A DNA stretch of 64,000 nt from Candidatus Sericytochromatia bacterium (GTDB lineage: Bacteria > Cyanobacteriota > Sericytochromatia > S15B-MN24 > VGJW01). Below, piece after piece: positions 9,059 through 19,239 of this stretch; position 1 is the first letter of the stretch, and every line of letters starts with the position of its first letter. The translations under genes were made by a program, and so were the position numbers. The DNA is taken from positions 96,001 through 160,000 of the forward strand of contig JAYKHS010000028.1 of the NCBI GenBank assembly GCA_035285865.1, given 5' to 3'. The notes beneath the pieces were generated by a model, which saw only the letters and a list, made by a program, of their open reading frames with translations, made no database searches and was not told the DNA's origin.

Positions 9059-9945
9059 GCGTAGTACTCCAGAAACGAGTCCTCGAGCCGGGCCGGTTCG
9101 ATGGCCACGTCCCGGACCGGCAGGGTGGCCAGCAAGCCGAGCAGGGGCCGGATGTTTCCCTTGACCTCCAGGACCGCGCCGGCGCTTTCCCAGCGGACGA
9201 CACGGGCGTCCGGCAGGATGGCAGTCACAGCTTCCCTCGAGACGTCCTCATCGAGGACGAGGCTGACGCGTCGCGCCATTTTGGCCTTGAGGGCTTCCGT
9301 CCGGGCGACCTCGACGATGCGGCCGTCCCGAATGATGGCGACCTGGTCGCAGAGGCGTTCCACTTCGGAGAGCACGTGGCTCGACATGAAGATCGTGCCG
9401 CCCTCGTCCCGGTAGTTCTGCAAAAGGCCGTGGAAAGCCTGTTGCATCAGTGGGTCGAGGCCTTCGGTGGGCTCGTCGAGGATGACCAACTCCCGCGCCA
9501 GCAACAGGGCGTGGATGATGGCGATCTTCTGCTTGTTGCCCTTCGAGAGCGTCTTGAGTTTCTGGTCGAGGTTGGCGTCCAAAGCCTGGACCATCGGGTC
9601 GAGTCGGGCTTCGGGAAGTTTCATGCCACGAAGGTGGGCGGCGTAGTTCAAGAATGCGCGACCTGTCAGGCCTTCCGGAAGATGTACCTCGCCGGGCAGA
9701 TAGCCGATGCGTCGCCGGACCTCCGGACCTTCACGCCATGGATTTCGTCCGAGGACCGTGGCCACACCGGCCTGCGGGCGCAGGAAATCGAGCAGCAACC
9801 GGATGGTGGTCGACTTGCCGGCGCCGTTTGGGCCGAGGAAACCGAAGATGCTGCCCTCGGGCACGTCCAGCACAAGGTCGCGCACGCCCTTGCCGCCCGG
9901 ATGCAGGTGCGTGAGGCGTTGGAGGGTGATGGCCATGGCGGACAT
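9055..9945 (-). CDS. ABC transporter ATP-binding protein
   Basis: Walker A GPNGAGKS, signature LSKGNKQK, Walker B VILDEP, SSH switch. Confidence 0.95.
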   Translation of the reverse strand: MSAMAITLQRLTHLHPGGKGVRDLVLDVPEGSIFGFLGPNGAGKSTTIRLLLDFLRPQAGVATVLGRNPWREGPEVRRRIGYLPGEVHLPEGLTGRAFLNYAAHLRGMKLPEARLDPMVQALDANLDQKLKTLSKGNKQKIAIIHALLLARELVILDEPTEGLDPLMQQAFHGLLQNYRDEGGTIFMSSHVLSEVERLCDQVAIIRDGRIVEVARTEALKAKMARRVSLVLDEDVSREAVTAILPDARVVRWESAGAVLEVKGNIRPLLGLLATLPVRDVAIEPARLEDSFLEYYA

Positions 9946-9990
9946 GCCCGTCACAGTAGCACAGCAAGGCCTTCAGGCAGACGTGTTACC

Positions 9991-10539
9991 ATGATCACCA
10001 TGCGTGGACTCATGGTCTTGTGGGCGACCTGCGTGGTGGCCGTCTCGACGGGGTGGGCGCCTGCCTTCGCTGCCGAACCGGTTGGGGCCGATCCGTTGGT
10101 GGCCGTCATCGCGCGTTCTGCCGGGCCAGACAAGGCAAGGCGTTATGCGCCGATGGTGCGCGCCGCGTCTCGCAAGCATGGCGTGCCCGAGTTGCTCGTG
10201 GCGGGCATCATCCGTCAGGAGTCCGACTGGGACCCGACGTGCCGGACCGGTCCCTCGCGAGGCCTGATGCAGGTCAATCGCGGGCACGCGCGTCGCGGGG
10301 ACAACCTCTTCGATCCGAAGACGAACCTGGACTACGGCTGCCGGATCCTGCGCGAGTACCGGGATTGGGCCGCCAGGCGCATGCCCAAGGGGTCGTCCGA
10401 ACGATCCATCTGGCACAAGGCACTCACGGCATATAACTTCGGACCTATTGCCGTCGCGCACCGGGGCCTGTATCGCAGTCGCTACAGCGCCAAGGTGATG
10501 GGGTCCTACGAAAAGGCCGAGGCTGCGCCTCGGCGCTGA
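9991..10539 (+). CDS. Lytic transglycosylase (SLT domain), exported
   Basis: Signal peptide; IIRQES (catalytic Glu), GLMQV, ALTAYNFG motifs. Confidence 0.88.
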   Translation: MITMRGLMVLWATCVVAVSTGWAPAFAAEPVGADPLVAVIARSAGPDKARRYAPMVRAASRKHGVPELLVAGIIRQESDWDPTCRTGPSRGLMQVNRGHARRGDNLFDPKTNLDYGCRILREYRDWAARRMPKGSSERSIWHKALTAYNFGPIAVAHRGLYRSRYSAKVMGSYEKAEAAPRR

Positions 10540-10568
10540 AATCGCATCGGGGCGCGCCGCTTCGTGCT

Positions 10569-12035
10569 CTAGAAGCGGAAGAACAGTCCAAGGATCGGCG
10601 ATAGCCCCCCGTCCTGGACCGTGGCGTTCTGCAAGGCGTCCGCGGCCACGGGCGTGCTGGAACCGGACGTGTTGTTGTTGGCCCCGCTGCCGAGGCGCCA
10701 ATCCTGATAGATGGTCTCCGGACGCCACTGGACACCGGCACGGAGGTTGAGCGGGCCCCAGAGGCGCAGGTCCAACGCCGCTCCGGCAACACCGGAGATC
10801 GTCGACGCGCCCGCAGTGCTGACGGTCTCACCGCTCACCGGGACGGGTTTCTTGAGGGGCTGGCTGACTGCGTTCAGACCCACGCCACCCTGAAGGTTCA
10901 GGCGCAGCCTTTCCGAGAGGGGCAGTTGCCACTGTGCCAGCAGGTCGAGCTTGAATGGCGAGACGCCCTGGCCGTAGGTGCCCCCGGCGAAGCCGAGCGC
11001 CACGCCAAAGCTCTGGCCGGACCAAGGTTCCAGAAGGTCGATCTCGAATTGGGCGCGGCCCAGCGAGGCGACGGCAACTGCCGCACTTGCGCCGAGGATC
11101 TTGGCGTTTTGCATCTGAGCACCGGCGAAGAGCCCCAGCCGCAGAAGCGATGCGCGGGGGTCCTCGACCAGCAGGTCGTCGTCGCGGATTCTGTCCTGAC
11201 CTTCGATGATGACGCCGGTCGCGGTACCCGGGAAGACGCGCGTGACGGCGATGCGCCCGACTTCCGTCGTCGGGACCTGGAACACAGCCCCGCCAACCGG
11301 CTGGGACGTCGGGGTCATGCCACGTATCGCCGTAAGGATGTAGCCCTCTTGCATGCCCTGTTCCGAGCCCATGGCCAGCTGGATAAGGCGGCCCTGGCGC
11401 CCGACGATGCGCGTTTGCAGGCGGAACACGTCCCTGAAACCGCCTATGGCCTCGGCCACGAATTGGTCGGCCGCACGTCCCCTCGCCTGGGCCATCGAGT
11501 CACCGGATGCCTGGGAGTTGATGGCGAAGGAGCGTGCCACGATGCCCCGACGCACCTCGATGAGCCTGCAGGAGCCGATCCACTGGTCGTTGTAGATGAT
11601 CGCCCGGCCCTCGCCCCTCTGGGTGGCGATTTCGTTGGACACGTGGATCTCGATCAGGTAGTCCACGCCCTCGAGCCTGCTCAGTCGATCACGCTCCCCA
11701 AGCAGGCCGTCGATGCCCAGTTGCCGCTCCCGAAGAAGGGCGTCGATGCGGCCACGTTCGACGACCGAGAAGCGTCCGAGGTTGGCCAGCGCGTTGCCCA
11801 GGCGCTCATAGGCCATGTCCTCGTCATCGGCGAAATTGCTGTAGCGTTCGGGACGCAGCAGGGCGATCCGCGGGAGGGCAACGGCCACGTTCGCCATGGG
11901 AACGGCGGCGTTCTGGCCCGCCGCGGACGAGCCCTGGGCTCCCTCTCCGTTTGACCGCCGGATCTGCGCGGTGGCGGGAAGCGCACTTAGAATGCCGACG
12001 GAAAGGGCAAGTGCAATCGACAGGGCACGATTCAC
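10569..12035 (-). CDS. Exported protein: CsgG-like domain + FlgT-C-like domain + C-terminal beta-barrel
   Basis: Signal peptide; LGRFSVVERGRIDALLRE (CsgG-like); IQLAMGSEQG...EVGRIAVTRV (FlgT C-terminal-like); ends GLFFRF. Confidence 0.65.
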   Translation of the reverse strand: MNRALSIALALSVGILSALPATAQIRRSNGEGAQGSSAAGQNAAVPMANVAVALPRIALLRPERYSNFADDEDMAYERLGNALANLGRFSVVERGRIDALLRERQLGIDGLLGERDRLSRLEGVDYLIEIHVSNEIATQRGEGRAIIYNDQWIGSCRLIEVRRGIVARSFAINSQASGDSMAQARGRAADQFVAEAIGGFRDVFRLQTRIVGRQGRLIQLAMGSEQGMQEGYILTAIRGMTPTSQPVGGAVFQVPTTEVGRIAVTRVFPGTATGVIIEGQDRIRDDDLLVEDPRASLLRLGLFAGAQMQNAKILGASAAVAVASLGRAQFEIDLLEPWSGQSFGVALGFAGGTYGQGVSPFKLDLLAQWQLPLSERLRLNLQGGVGLNAVSQPLKKPVPVSGETVSTAGASTISGVAGAALDLRLWGPLNLRAGVQWRPETIYQDWRLGSGANNNTSGSSTPVAADALQNATVQDGGLSPILGLFFRF

Positions 12036-12132
12036 GAAGGATTCCTCGAGGGTAGCGCGACAGAGGGTTTCCTACCCGGTCGACGACACCATCACGCGAT
12101 GGGTTCCCTGAGCGCTAGGTCGAAAGACCGCC

Positions 12133-12435
12133 CTAGTGGGTCCGGGGGCGATCGGTCCGCTGCGCAAGGGTCTCGGCGAGGTTATCCGCTTCGACCCTGG
12201 CCCGTTCGACCATGGCCTTCATCTGCTCGTCCTGACGTTTGCGCCGACGCTCCTGCCTGGCTGCAACGCCAGCTGCTTCCTGACGTTCGGCCTGTATCGC
12301 GATGGGTTTGGACAGCAGGAGCCCCTTGAGTGCCCCGGTCACGCGCGCACGAGCAGCCTCGGCTGCCTCGCCGACCTTGCGTGCCACGAGCACGGCTGCC
12401 GCGACGATGCCGAGCGTGGCGGCCCTGCGGGCCAT
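12133..12435 (-). CDS. Small hypothetical protein with N-terminal hydrophobic helix and charged coiled coil
   Basis: ATG at 12435 within ORF 12133..12576; plausible composition; no family recognised. Confidence 0.45.
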   Translation of the reverse strand: MARRAATLGIVAAAVLVARKVGEAAEAARARVTGALKGLLLSKPIAIQAERQEAAGVAARQERRRKRQDEQMKAMVERARVEADNLAETLAQRTDRPRTH

Positions 12436-12640
12436 TTTGCCGTCCGTCCCCCCCTCGAGGGCGAGGCGATCGCCGGCGGGTCGGGCGGGCTCGGATGCAT
12501 CCCGGAGCCCTGGGTCGCCCGCGCTGCGGCGCAGGTCCTTGGCGGGCTGATGGCCCGGGCGGGCTTCCGTGCGCATGGGGGCCTCCGTCTGCAGAAACTA
12601 TCGGGAGCGGACCAGGCGAACTTGCGGAGAAGCGCCATGA

Positions 12641-12721
12641 TGCCCGAGGCGAGAGTCGAACTCGCACGCCTTTCGGCGCCAGATCCTAAGTCTGGTGCGT
12701 CTGCCATTCCGCCACTCGGGC
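12641..12721 (-). tRNA. tRNA-Leu (anticodon TAG); CCA not encoded
   Basis: Reverse complement GCCCGAGTGGCGGAATGGCAGACGCACCAGACTTAGGATCTGGCGCCGAAAGGCGTGCGAGTTCGACTCTCGCCTCGGGCA: acceptor stem, long variable arm, GTTCGA T-loop. Confidence 0.95.
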
Positions 12722-12847
12722 CCGGTACCCAGAGTACCGCTTCTCCGGGCGGCATGGGGGCTTCATTAAACGTCGATTAACTGTTACGATGGAACTGGCT
12801 GATTCAACGGCGAGCGGCCCCGTAGCTATCGAAGAGGACGGTCATTG

Positions 12848-14449
12848 ATGAGTATTTCGGACAAGGGATTGCTGGCGTTGGGGCTCGGTGGCCTCGGGCA
12901 GGTCCACCTGAACCTGTCGCGTGCCGCCCTGATTGAAGAGGCCATCAAGCGTGGCGAGGGGCGCCTGTCTGCGGGAGGCGCGCTGGTCTGCGAGACCGGC
13001 CATCACACCGGACGTTCCCCCAATGACAAGTTCATCGTCGAAGAACCGTCGTCCAAGGATCGCATCTGGTGGGGCAAGGTCAATCGGCCAGTGTCCGAGG
13101 AGACCTTCGATCGCCTCCTGGGGCGTGTGCAGGCCTACCTTCAGGGTCGCGAGGTCTTCGTCCAGGACCTTTTCGCCGGGGCCGATCCCCAGTTCCGCCT
13201 CCCGATCCGCGTCGTGACCCAGCACGCTTGGCATGCCGCCTTTGCGAACAACATGTTCGTCCGGCCTTCCGGCACCGAGCGCGAGGGCCTGGAGGCCGAG
13301 GCCACGGTCCTGCATGTGCCTGATTTCGAGGCCGTTCCTGAGCTTGATGGCACGAACAGCAGCACGTTCATCATGGTCCACTTCGGACGCCGACTGGTCC
13401 TGATTGGCGGCACGCAGTACGCAGGCGAAATCAAGAAGTCCATCTTCACGTTGATGAACTACCTGCTGCCGCAGCGCGGCGTCATGAGCATGCACGCTTC
13501 CTCCAACATCGGGGCTCAGGGTGACGTGGCGGTGTTCTTCGGTCTTTCCGGAACCGGCAAGACCACCCTGTCCGCCGATCCGGACCGCAAGCTCATCGGC
13601 GACGACGAGCATGGCTGGGCTGATGGCGGTGTCTTCAACGTCGAGGGCGGTTGCTACGCCAAGGTCATCAAGCTTTCGCGGACTGCCGAGCCTGAAATCT
13701 ATGCCACAACGGCCATGCACGGCACCATCCTCGAGAACGTGGTGATGGACCCCGTGAACCGTCAGCTCGATTTGGACAGCGATGCCCGGACCGAGAACAC
13801 GCGTGCTGCCTACCAGCTGGATGCCATCCCAAACTACGAGTCCACCGGCAAGGGTGGGCATCCTCGGACCATCCTGATGCTGACCTGCGATGCCTTCGGC
13901 GTGATGCCGCCGCTGGCCAAGCTGACGCCCGAGCAGGCCATGTACCACTTTCTCGCCGGCTACACGGCCAAGGTCGCGGGCACCGAGCGGGGGGTCAAGG
14001 AGCCTTCGGCCACCTTCAGCACCTGCTTCGGTGCGCCCTTCATGTCGTTGCATCCCACCGTCTATGCCAAGCTGCTTGGCGAGAAGATCGCCCGGCACGG
14101 CACCACCTGCTACCTGGTCAACACGGGCTGGAGCGGCGGCGCCTACGGCGTCGGCAGCCGCATGAAGATTGCGCACACCCGTGCCTTGGTCCGTGCGGCG
14201 CTATCCGGCGAGTTGGACAAGGCCGAGTTCGAGCAGGAAGCCGCCTTCGGTTTCCAGGTGCCCAAGGCCGTCGATGGCGTACCTGCCGAGGTCTTGCTGC
14301 CCCGCAACACCTGGACGGACAAGGCTGCCTATGATGCCACCGCTGCAAGGCTCTCGGGCATGTTCCGCGACGCCATCGCCCAGTTCGAGGGCATGGTGGA
14401 CGGGCACATCCTCGAGGCGGGTCCGAAGGCCATCGCCGCCGCCCACTGA
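12848..14449 (+). CDS. pckA: Phosphoenolpyruvate carboxykinase (ATP)
   Basis: TGRSPNDKF, YAGEIKKS, FFGLSGTGKTTLSADP, LIGDDEHGW, EGGCYAK. Confidence 0.97.
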   Translation: MSISDKGLLALGLGGLGQVHLNLSRAALIEEAIKRGEGRLSAGGALVCETGHHTGRSPNDKFIVEEPSSKDRIWWGKVNRPVSEETFDRLLGRVQAYLQGREVFVQDLFAGADPQFRLPIRVVTQHAWHAAFANNMFVRPSGTEREGLEAEATVLHVPDFEAVPELDGTNSSTFIMVHFGRRLVLIGGTQYAGEIKKSIFTLMNYLLPQRGVMSMHASSNIGAQGDVAVFFGLSGTGKTTLSADPDRKLIGDDEHGWADGGVFNVEGGCYAKVIKLSRTAEPEIYATTAMHGTILENVVMDPVNRQLDLDSDARTENTRAAYQLDAIPNYESTGKGGHPRTILMLTCDAFGVMPPLAKLTPEQAMYHFLAGYTAKVAGTERGVKEPSATFSTCFGAPFMSLHPTVYAKLLGEKIARHGTTCYLVNTGWSGGAYGVGSRMKIAHTRALVRAALSGELDKAEFEQEAAFGFQVPKAVDGVPAEVLLPRNTWTDKAAYDATAARLSGMFRDAIAQFEGMVDGHILEAGPKAIAAAH

Positions 14450-14481
14450 CCGGTGTCCGAAACGCGAGCTGTGCCGCTCCT

Positions 14482-16176
14482 TCAGAGGCGCAGCTCGCGT
14501 TTCAGTTCCGCGAGGCTCGTCTGGACAGCGTCCGCCGTCAGCTCGGCATAGCGGGCCGGCAGATAGCGTCGGCTCGAGCTTTCGTAAACGGCGAGCAGTT
14601 CCATGAACCGGATCATGGAGGTGTTGCGGTTCGGCACGAACTCGTCCAAGGCCGCGAGGACATGTTCGGCGGCCAGGGGGAGGCCACCTGCCCCGGCCTC
14701 CTCGGCGAGACGCGCGGCAAGCAAGAGGACGGCCTCGATTTCCGCGGCCGAATAGCCTTCCGTGCGGCTGGCGAAGGTGTCGGCGTCCCAGTTCTCGGCG
14801 GTGGCCAGGCGATGCTTGCGGAGCTGTGCCTGCAGGATGCGCAAGCGTTCTTCCTCCTGCCACGGCAGGAAGAAGGGAATCTTCTCGTCGAAACGGCCCG
14901 GGCGCTTGAGGTCGATGTCGAGCTTGTCCGGGCGATTGCTCATCACCATCCAGAGCACCTTGCCCCGCTGGCTGGTGTCGCTCATGAAGGTCTTGAGTCG
15001 CGCGAACACTCGGGAAGAGACGCCTGAGTCCCCGTCTTCCCCTCCCAGCGCGCGGTCCACTTCATCCACGAGGACGAGGACCGATCCCAGACCTCGGATC
15101 ATGCCCAGGATCTTTTCGAGGTTGGCTTCGGTAGAGCCTACCCAGCGATCGCGGAAATTCTTCAAGGCCAGGCAAGTGAGTCCCGAGTCGCGCGCGAAGG
15201 CTTCGGCAAGCCAGGTCTTGCCCGTGCCCATGGGGCCCACGAGGAAGATGCCCATCGGCACCTCGCGATGGCGTCCGTCGTGGATGGCGCGCGCGATGCG
15301 CTCCAGCCGCCGTTTCACGGCATCCTGTCCGCCGACCGCTTCAAGGCCATGGTCGGGCTCGATGAGTTCCACCAGACCATGGCATTCCTGTTCGATGATC
15401 TCCTTGCGCTTGCGCGCCAGCATGCCGAGGTCAAGAGGCGTTCTTTGTCCCTTGGCCCAGCGCACGATGCCCTCCAGCTGGATCCGCCGGAGCCCGCTGG
15501 ACAAGCGGGCGAGCTGGGGAAGGGGAGCCCCTGCCGCCACTTCATGGCGCTGGAGGGCGCGTTCGAGGAATGCGTGGCGTTCGCCTTCGTCCGGCAGGGG
15601 GATCTCGATGGGGATGACTTGAGCGTTGCGCACCACTCTCTGGTTGACGCTGCCGAGCTGTTCGGCAACCAGCAGGATGATGTTGTGCGAGTGCAGCATC
15701 CGGGGTTCGTGGGCCCACCGCTCCAAGGTCACGAGCGCGGCACGATCGTCGGCGGACATGTGCGCGGGTTCTCCGGCAGGGACCAGCGTCTCGACGTAGT
15801 CGATGACCAGTCCGCAGCGTTGGCCTGGCAAGGAAAGGAAGGCCTCGAGCTGGGGCAGCACCCGGCGGGCCTCGCGCACGCCCTCCGTCAAGGGGGGCTC
15901 GCCCGTCAGGGCTTGCCGCACCTCGCCCGCCGTGCGGGCCTTGTCCCGCATGGCGGGACTGGCGAAGGTCAGGCCCTCCGAGATGTCATAGCGCAGGACG
16001 ATGTCCTTGGCGGGCTTGAGCAGCGCTTCTTCAAGGAAGGTGGCGAGCGGTACGTCCTGATCCTGCCACGGCACGAGGTCTCGGACATTGCCGTGAAGGA
16101 GGAACTGCACGGCCTCACCGGCCAGGTAGCGGCTGCGGAGGTCTTCGGCCCAGGCCGGTAGCACGGGAGGATTCAC
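14482..16176 (-). CDS. AAA+ ATPase (degenerate N-terminal module + classical AAA domain)
   Basis: Walker A GPMGTGKT, pore loop RWVG, Walker B VLVDEVD, SRH SNRPDKLD..LKRPGRFD. Confidence 0.9.
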   Translation of the reverse strand: MNPPVLPAWAEDLRSRYLAGEAVQFLLHGNVRDLVPWQDQDVPLATFLEEALLKPAKDIVLRYDISEGLTFASPAMRDKARTAGEVRQALTGEPPLTEGVREARRVLPQLEAFLSLPGQRCGLVIDYVETLVPAGEPAHMSADDRAALVTLERWAHEPRMLHSHNIILLVAEQLGSVNQRVVRNAQVIPIEIPLPDEGERHAFLERALQRHEVAAGAPLPQLARLSSGLRRIQLEGIVRWAKGQRTPLDLGMLARKRKEIIEQECHGLVELIEPDHGLEAVGGQDAVKRRLERIARAIHDGRHREVPMGIFLVGPMGTGKTWLAEAFARDSGLTCLALKNFRDRWVGSTEANLEKILGMIRGLGSVLVLVDEVDRALGGEDGDSGVSSRVFARLKTFMSDTSQRGKVLWMVMSNRPDKLDIDLKRPGRFDEKIPFFLPWQEEERLRILQAQLRKHRLATAENWDADTFASRTEGYSAAEIEAVLLLAARLAEEAGAGGLPLAAEHVLAALDEFVPNRNTSMIRFMELLAVYESSSRRYLPARYAELTADAVQTSLAELKRELRL

Positions 16177-17000
16177 GACCGGTCTTGCTCCTGCTGACGT
16201 TGGGTAGGCTGAGCGCCGGACGGACCGTCCTCCAGCGCCATTTCGAGGGCACGCATCTCGGCGAGGGTGCGCTCGGCCACGGTCAGCCCCGAGAACAGGG
16301 CCTCCAGATCCGTGTCCCGGGACGGATCGGCCTTCATGGCGAGGATCTGTTCATATGCGAGGTCAAGTGCGTCTTCCAGTACCTGGATGCGTGCCGCAAG
16401 GACCTGGACTTCGTCCTCCAATTCGCGAAGGCGCGCCTGACGCTTCTCAAGGATGGCGAGGTTTTCCTCGAGGGCCTCACGGTGCGCGTTGGATGCGGGG
16501 GACGCCAGGTCCCTGCAGACCTGATCGATTTCCCGGCGGATCCGTTGCGTGTCGTTCTGGCCAAGGTGAAGGCGTTGGCGATGCATCAGGCTGAGGAGCT
16601 GCAGGTGGGCATCTTCAAGGGCTTCGAGGCGCTCGAGCTCCGACATCATGAGGTCACGGGCCTGAGCGCCCTGCAGCACCAGCAGCTCGCGCAGGGCACC
16701 GATGCGTTCCCCGAAGGCCCTTGACTGCTTGGTCATCGCCGCGGACAGGTCGGCGCGCAGCGCCTTGCGCCGGGTTTCCCGTTCTTGATGTTCGCGGGTG
16801 ACGGCTTCGCGGGACAGGGTTTCGGCAACGTGCGTGCGCCAGCGCGGCAGCAAGGGAGCCAGCAAGAGCCAGATGCCCGATCCTAGTGCGGCGATGAGCA
16901 GCAGGCGCAGGCCCATCCGGCTACCTGTGGCGAGTCCCGTCAGCCCGAACAGCCCCACCAGAACCCACCAAAGCAGATGGGGCCCTGCCAGCAGGGTCAT
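16173..17000 (-). CDS. Membrane-anchored coiled-coil protein
   Basis: ATG 17000; two N-terminal TM helices then a long heptad-rich region; stop overlaps the AAA start (GTGA). Confidence 0.7.
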   Translation of the reverse strand: MTLLAGPHLLWWVLVGLFGLTGLATGSRMGLRLLLIAALGSGIWLLLAPLLPRWRTHVAETLSREAVTREHQERETRRKALRADLSAAMTKQSRAFGERIGALRELLVLQGAQARDLMMSELERLEALEDAHLQLLSLMHRQRLHLGQNDTQRIRREIDQVCRDLASPASNAHREALEENLAILEKRQARLRELEDEVQVLAARIQVLEDALDLAYEQILAMKADPSRDTDLEALFSGLTVAERTLAEMRALEMALEDGPSGAQPTQRQQEQDRS

Positions 17001-17031
17001 ACGCCAGCCAGCAGCCCCGAAGGCAGCGGAA

Positions 17032-17769
17032 TCAGGACTGGCCAAGGCTCTCGGACGACTGCCCCAGCTGACGCTCGGTTTCGGCGGCAGGCGCCTGAAT
17101 GCCGAGCTGGCGCTTGTACTCTTCCAGCTTGGCCTTCGCATCGACACTGCGCATCTTGTCATCGAGACTGGCCATCTTGCCGGACAGCGAGCTCTGGTTC
17201 ATGTCACGGGCCAACTCGGCCTGGGCTTCCGTCTTCGCGACGGATTCCCGGATACCGTCCAGGGCTTTCAAGTCCGCGTCCACGGACATCCCGGAGAGTT
17301 GTTCCTGAACCTTCAGGCGTGCCTTGGCACTCTCGTGGCGGGCGAGCGTCTGGTCCCGTTCGGACTTGAGCTTTTCGATCTCGGCCTTGAAGGACTCGAG
17401 GTCGTGCTTGTGGCGCTCGGCATCCGATGCGATGCGTTCGAGCTCTCCGCGCAGCCGCGTGATGTCCGCGTCGACAACGCCCTTGCGCTCGACGGCCTGA
17501 AGGGCCGTGGCCTCATCACCGGCCTGCAGGAACTGGGGAATGCGGGCCTCGAGCGCCGTCGACTCGCTCAGACGATCCTCGAGCTCCTTTTGGGTCTTGT
17601 TCTTGAGGTGGACGATTCCGCTCACGGCCTGCATCAGATTCTGGTACTGCTTCTCGCGGGCCTGGATGGCCGCATCGTAGACGGCGGCGGGGTTGCGTGC
17701 CTCAAGGCCACCGATGAACAGGCCCAAGAATCCCCGAACCAGGTTGACTACACGCTCCACCAAAGCCAT
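17032..17769 (-). CDS. PspA/IM30 (Vipp1) family protein
   Basis: N-terminal amphipathic helix MALVERVVNLVRG, LEARNPAAVYD, GDEATALQA, all coiled coil, ~245 aa. Confidence 0.85.
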   Translation of the reverse strand: MALVERVVNLVRGFLGLFIGGLEARNPAAVYDAAIQAREKQYQNLMQAVSGIVHLKNKTQKELEDRLSESTALEARIPQFLQAGDEATALQAVERKGVVDADITRLRGELERIASDAERHKHDLESFKAEIEKLKSERDQTLARHESAKARLKVQEQLSGMSVDADLKALDGIRESVAKTEAQAELARDMNQSSLSGKMASLDDKMRSVDAKAKLEEYKRQLGIQAPAAETERQLGQSSESLGQS

Positions 17770-17852
17770 CGGACGCCTGTCCTTCCTTGCGCGGGCTACT
17801 CCGCATGCGCCTTGTATCATGCCATGAACGCGCACTCCACGCCGAGACGGAC

Positions 17853-19208
17853 ATGACCCAGAAGATTGCTGCGCCCCGCGGTACCCACGACGTCCTCCCC
17901 CCGGACGAGCATCTGGTTGCGCTGGTCGAGGAGACGGCCGCCAGCCTGTTCGCTCGCCATGGCCTGCGCGAGATCCGGACTCCGATCTTCGAGGCTACCG
18001 AGCTCTTCGCCCGCGGCGTTGGCAACGAAACGGACATGGTCGCCAAGGAGATGTACACCTTCGTGGATCGGGGCGATCGGTCCCTGACGCTGCGCCCGGA
18101 GGGTACGGCTGGCGTCGTTCGGGCCTACGTGGAAGGGCGGCTGGATCAGGCGTTGCCGCAGCCGGCGCGCCTTTGGTACCGGGGAGCCATGTTTCGCTAC
18201 GAGCGGCCTCAGAAGGGCCGCCAGCGCCAGTTTCACCAGATGGGTGCCGAGGTCCTGGGCTCCGGTGCCGCGACCGTCGACGCCGAGATGATTGTCCTGG
18301 CCCACGACCTCCAGCACGCCCTGGTCGAAGCCGTCCGAGCTTGGTTGGTGGCCTGCGATGTCCCCGTGCCCGGAGATTTGCAGCCTGTCCCGCTCGAGGT
18401 TCGGATCAATACGCTTGGAGATGCGAGTTGTCGGCCGGCCTACAGGGATTCCTTGCAGGCATGGCTCAAGGATGGGGCGGAAGCATACTGTGGAGACTGT
18501 CAGCGTCGCATGGAGACCAATCCATTGCGTGTTCTCGACTGCAAGGTGGCTGCTTGTCGTGCCCGGAATGCCGGGGCACCGCGACTCGAGCCTTGTGGGG
18601 CTTGCGTGGAACACATGGCTCAAGTGCGTGCCCTGCTCGAAGCCGCCGAGGTCAGGGTGGTCGAGGATTCCACCTTGGTGCGCGGACTTGATTACTACAG
18701 TCGAACGGTCTTCGAGATGGTACCCGCGGGGGGCGGCGTCGCCGCACAGGCCACGGTGTGCGCGGGTGGACGGTACGACGGGCTGGTTGCCGAACTGGGC
18801 GGGGCAGAAACGCCTGCCTTCGGATGGGCGCTCGGGCTCGAGCGGACCGTGCAACGTCTCGAGTCCATGCTCGAGGGACTGGCTCCCGCAGACCGGGCAC
18901 GCTTGAGGGCGGATCGGCCCGTCCTTTACATGGGAGGTCTGGATGCCGAGGCCCAGCGCGAGGTCTTCAGGATGGGCATCGCATTGCGTCGGCTCGGACT
19001 GGCCGTGCAGTGGCTGCCCGTCCACGCGAAGCCGGATCGGATTCTCAAGGCTGCGCTCAGGACCGAGGCTCGTTCGCTGTTGCTCTTGGGCGGCGACGAG
19101 ATGGCATCCGGAGTCGTCCGAATCAAGGATCTGGTGAGCCGGGACGAGCGCCAAGTGGCTTGGCTGGCGGGCGATCTCGCTGCCGCCCTCGGTGGCGGCA
19201 AACCTTGA
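17853..19208 (+). CDS. hisS: Histidine--tRNA ligase
   Basis: APRGTHD, KEMYTF, LRPEGTA, FRYERPQKGRQRQFHQ, LVRGLDYY, GGRYDGL. Confidence 0.97.
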   Translation: MTQKIAAPRGTHDVLPPDEHLVALVEETAASLFARHGLREIRTPIFEATELFARGVGNETDMVAKEMYTFVDRGDRSLTLRPEGTAGVVRAYVEGRLDQALPQPARLWYRGAMFRYERPQKGRQRQFHQMGAEVLGSGAATVDAEMIVLAHDLQHALVEAVRAWLVACDVPVPGDLQPVPLEVRINTLGDASCRPAYRDSLQAWLKDGAEAYCGDCQRRMETNPLRVLDCKVAACRARNAGAPRLEPCGACVEHMAQVRALLEAAEVRVVEDSTLVRGLDYYSRTVFEMVPAGGGVAAQATVCAGGRYDGLVAELGGAETPAFGWALGLERTVQRLESMLEGLAPADRARLRADRPVLYMGGLDAEAQREVFRMGIALRRLGLAVQWLPVHAKPDRILKAALRTEARSLLLLGGDEMASGVVRIKDLVSRDERQVAWLAGDLAAALGGGKP

Positions 19209-19239
19209 TTGATCGGTCAGTGAATATGGGTTGCGCCTG

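Noticed and set aside
12641..12721. tRNA-Leu as the integration site of an island
   Set aside because: No integrase and no duplicated tRNA 3' end seen by eye; flanking genes have host-like composition.
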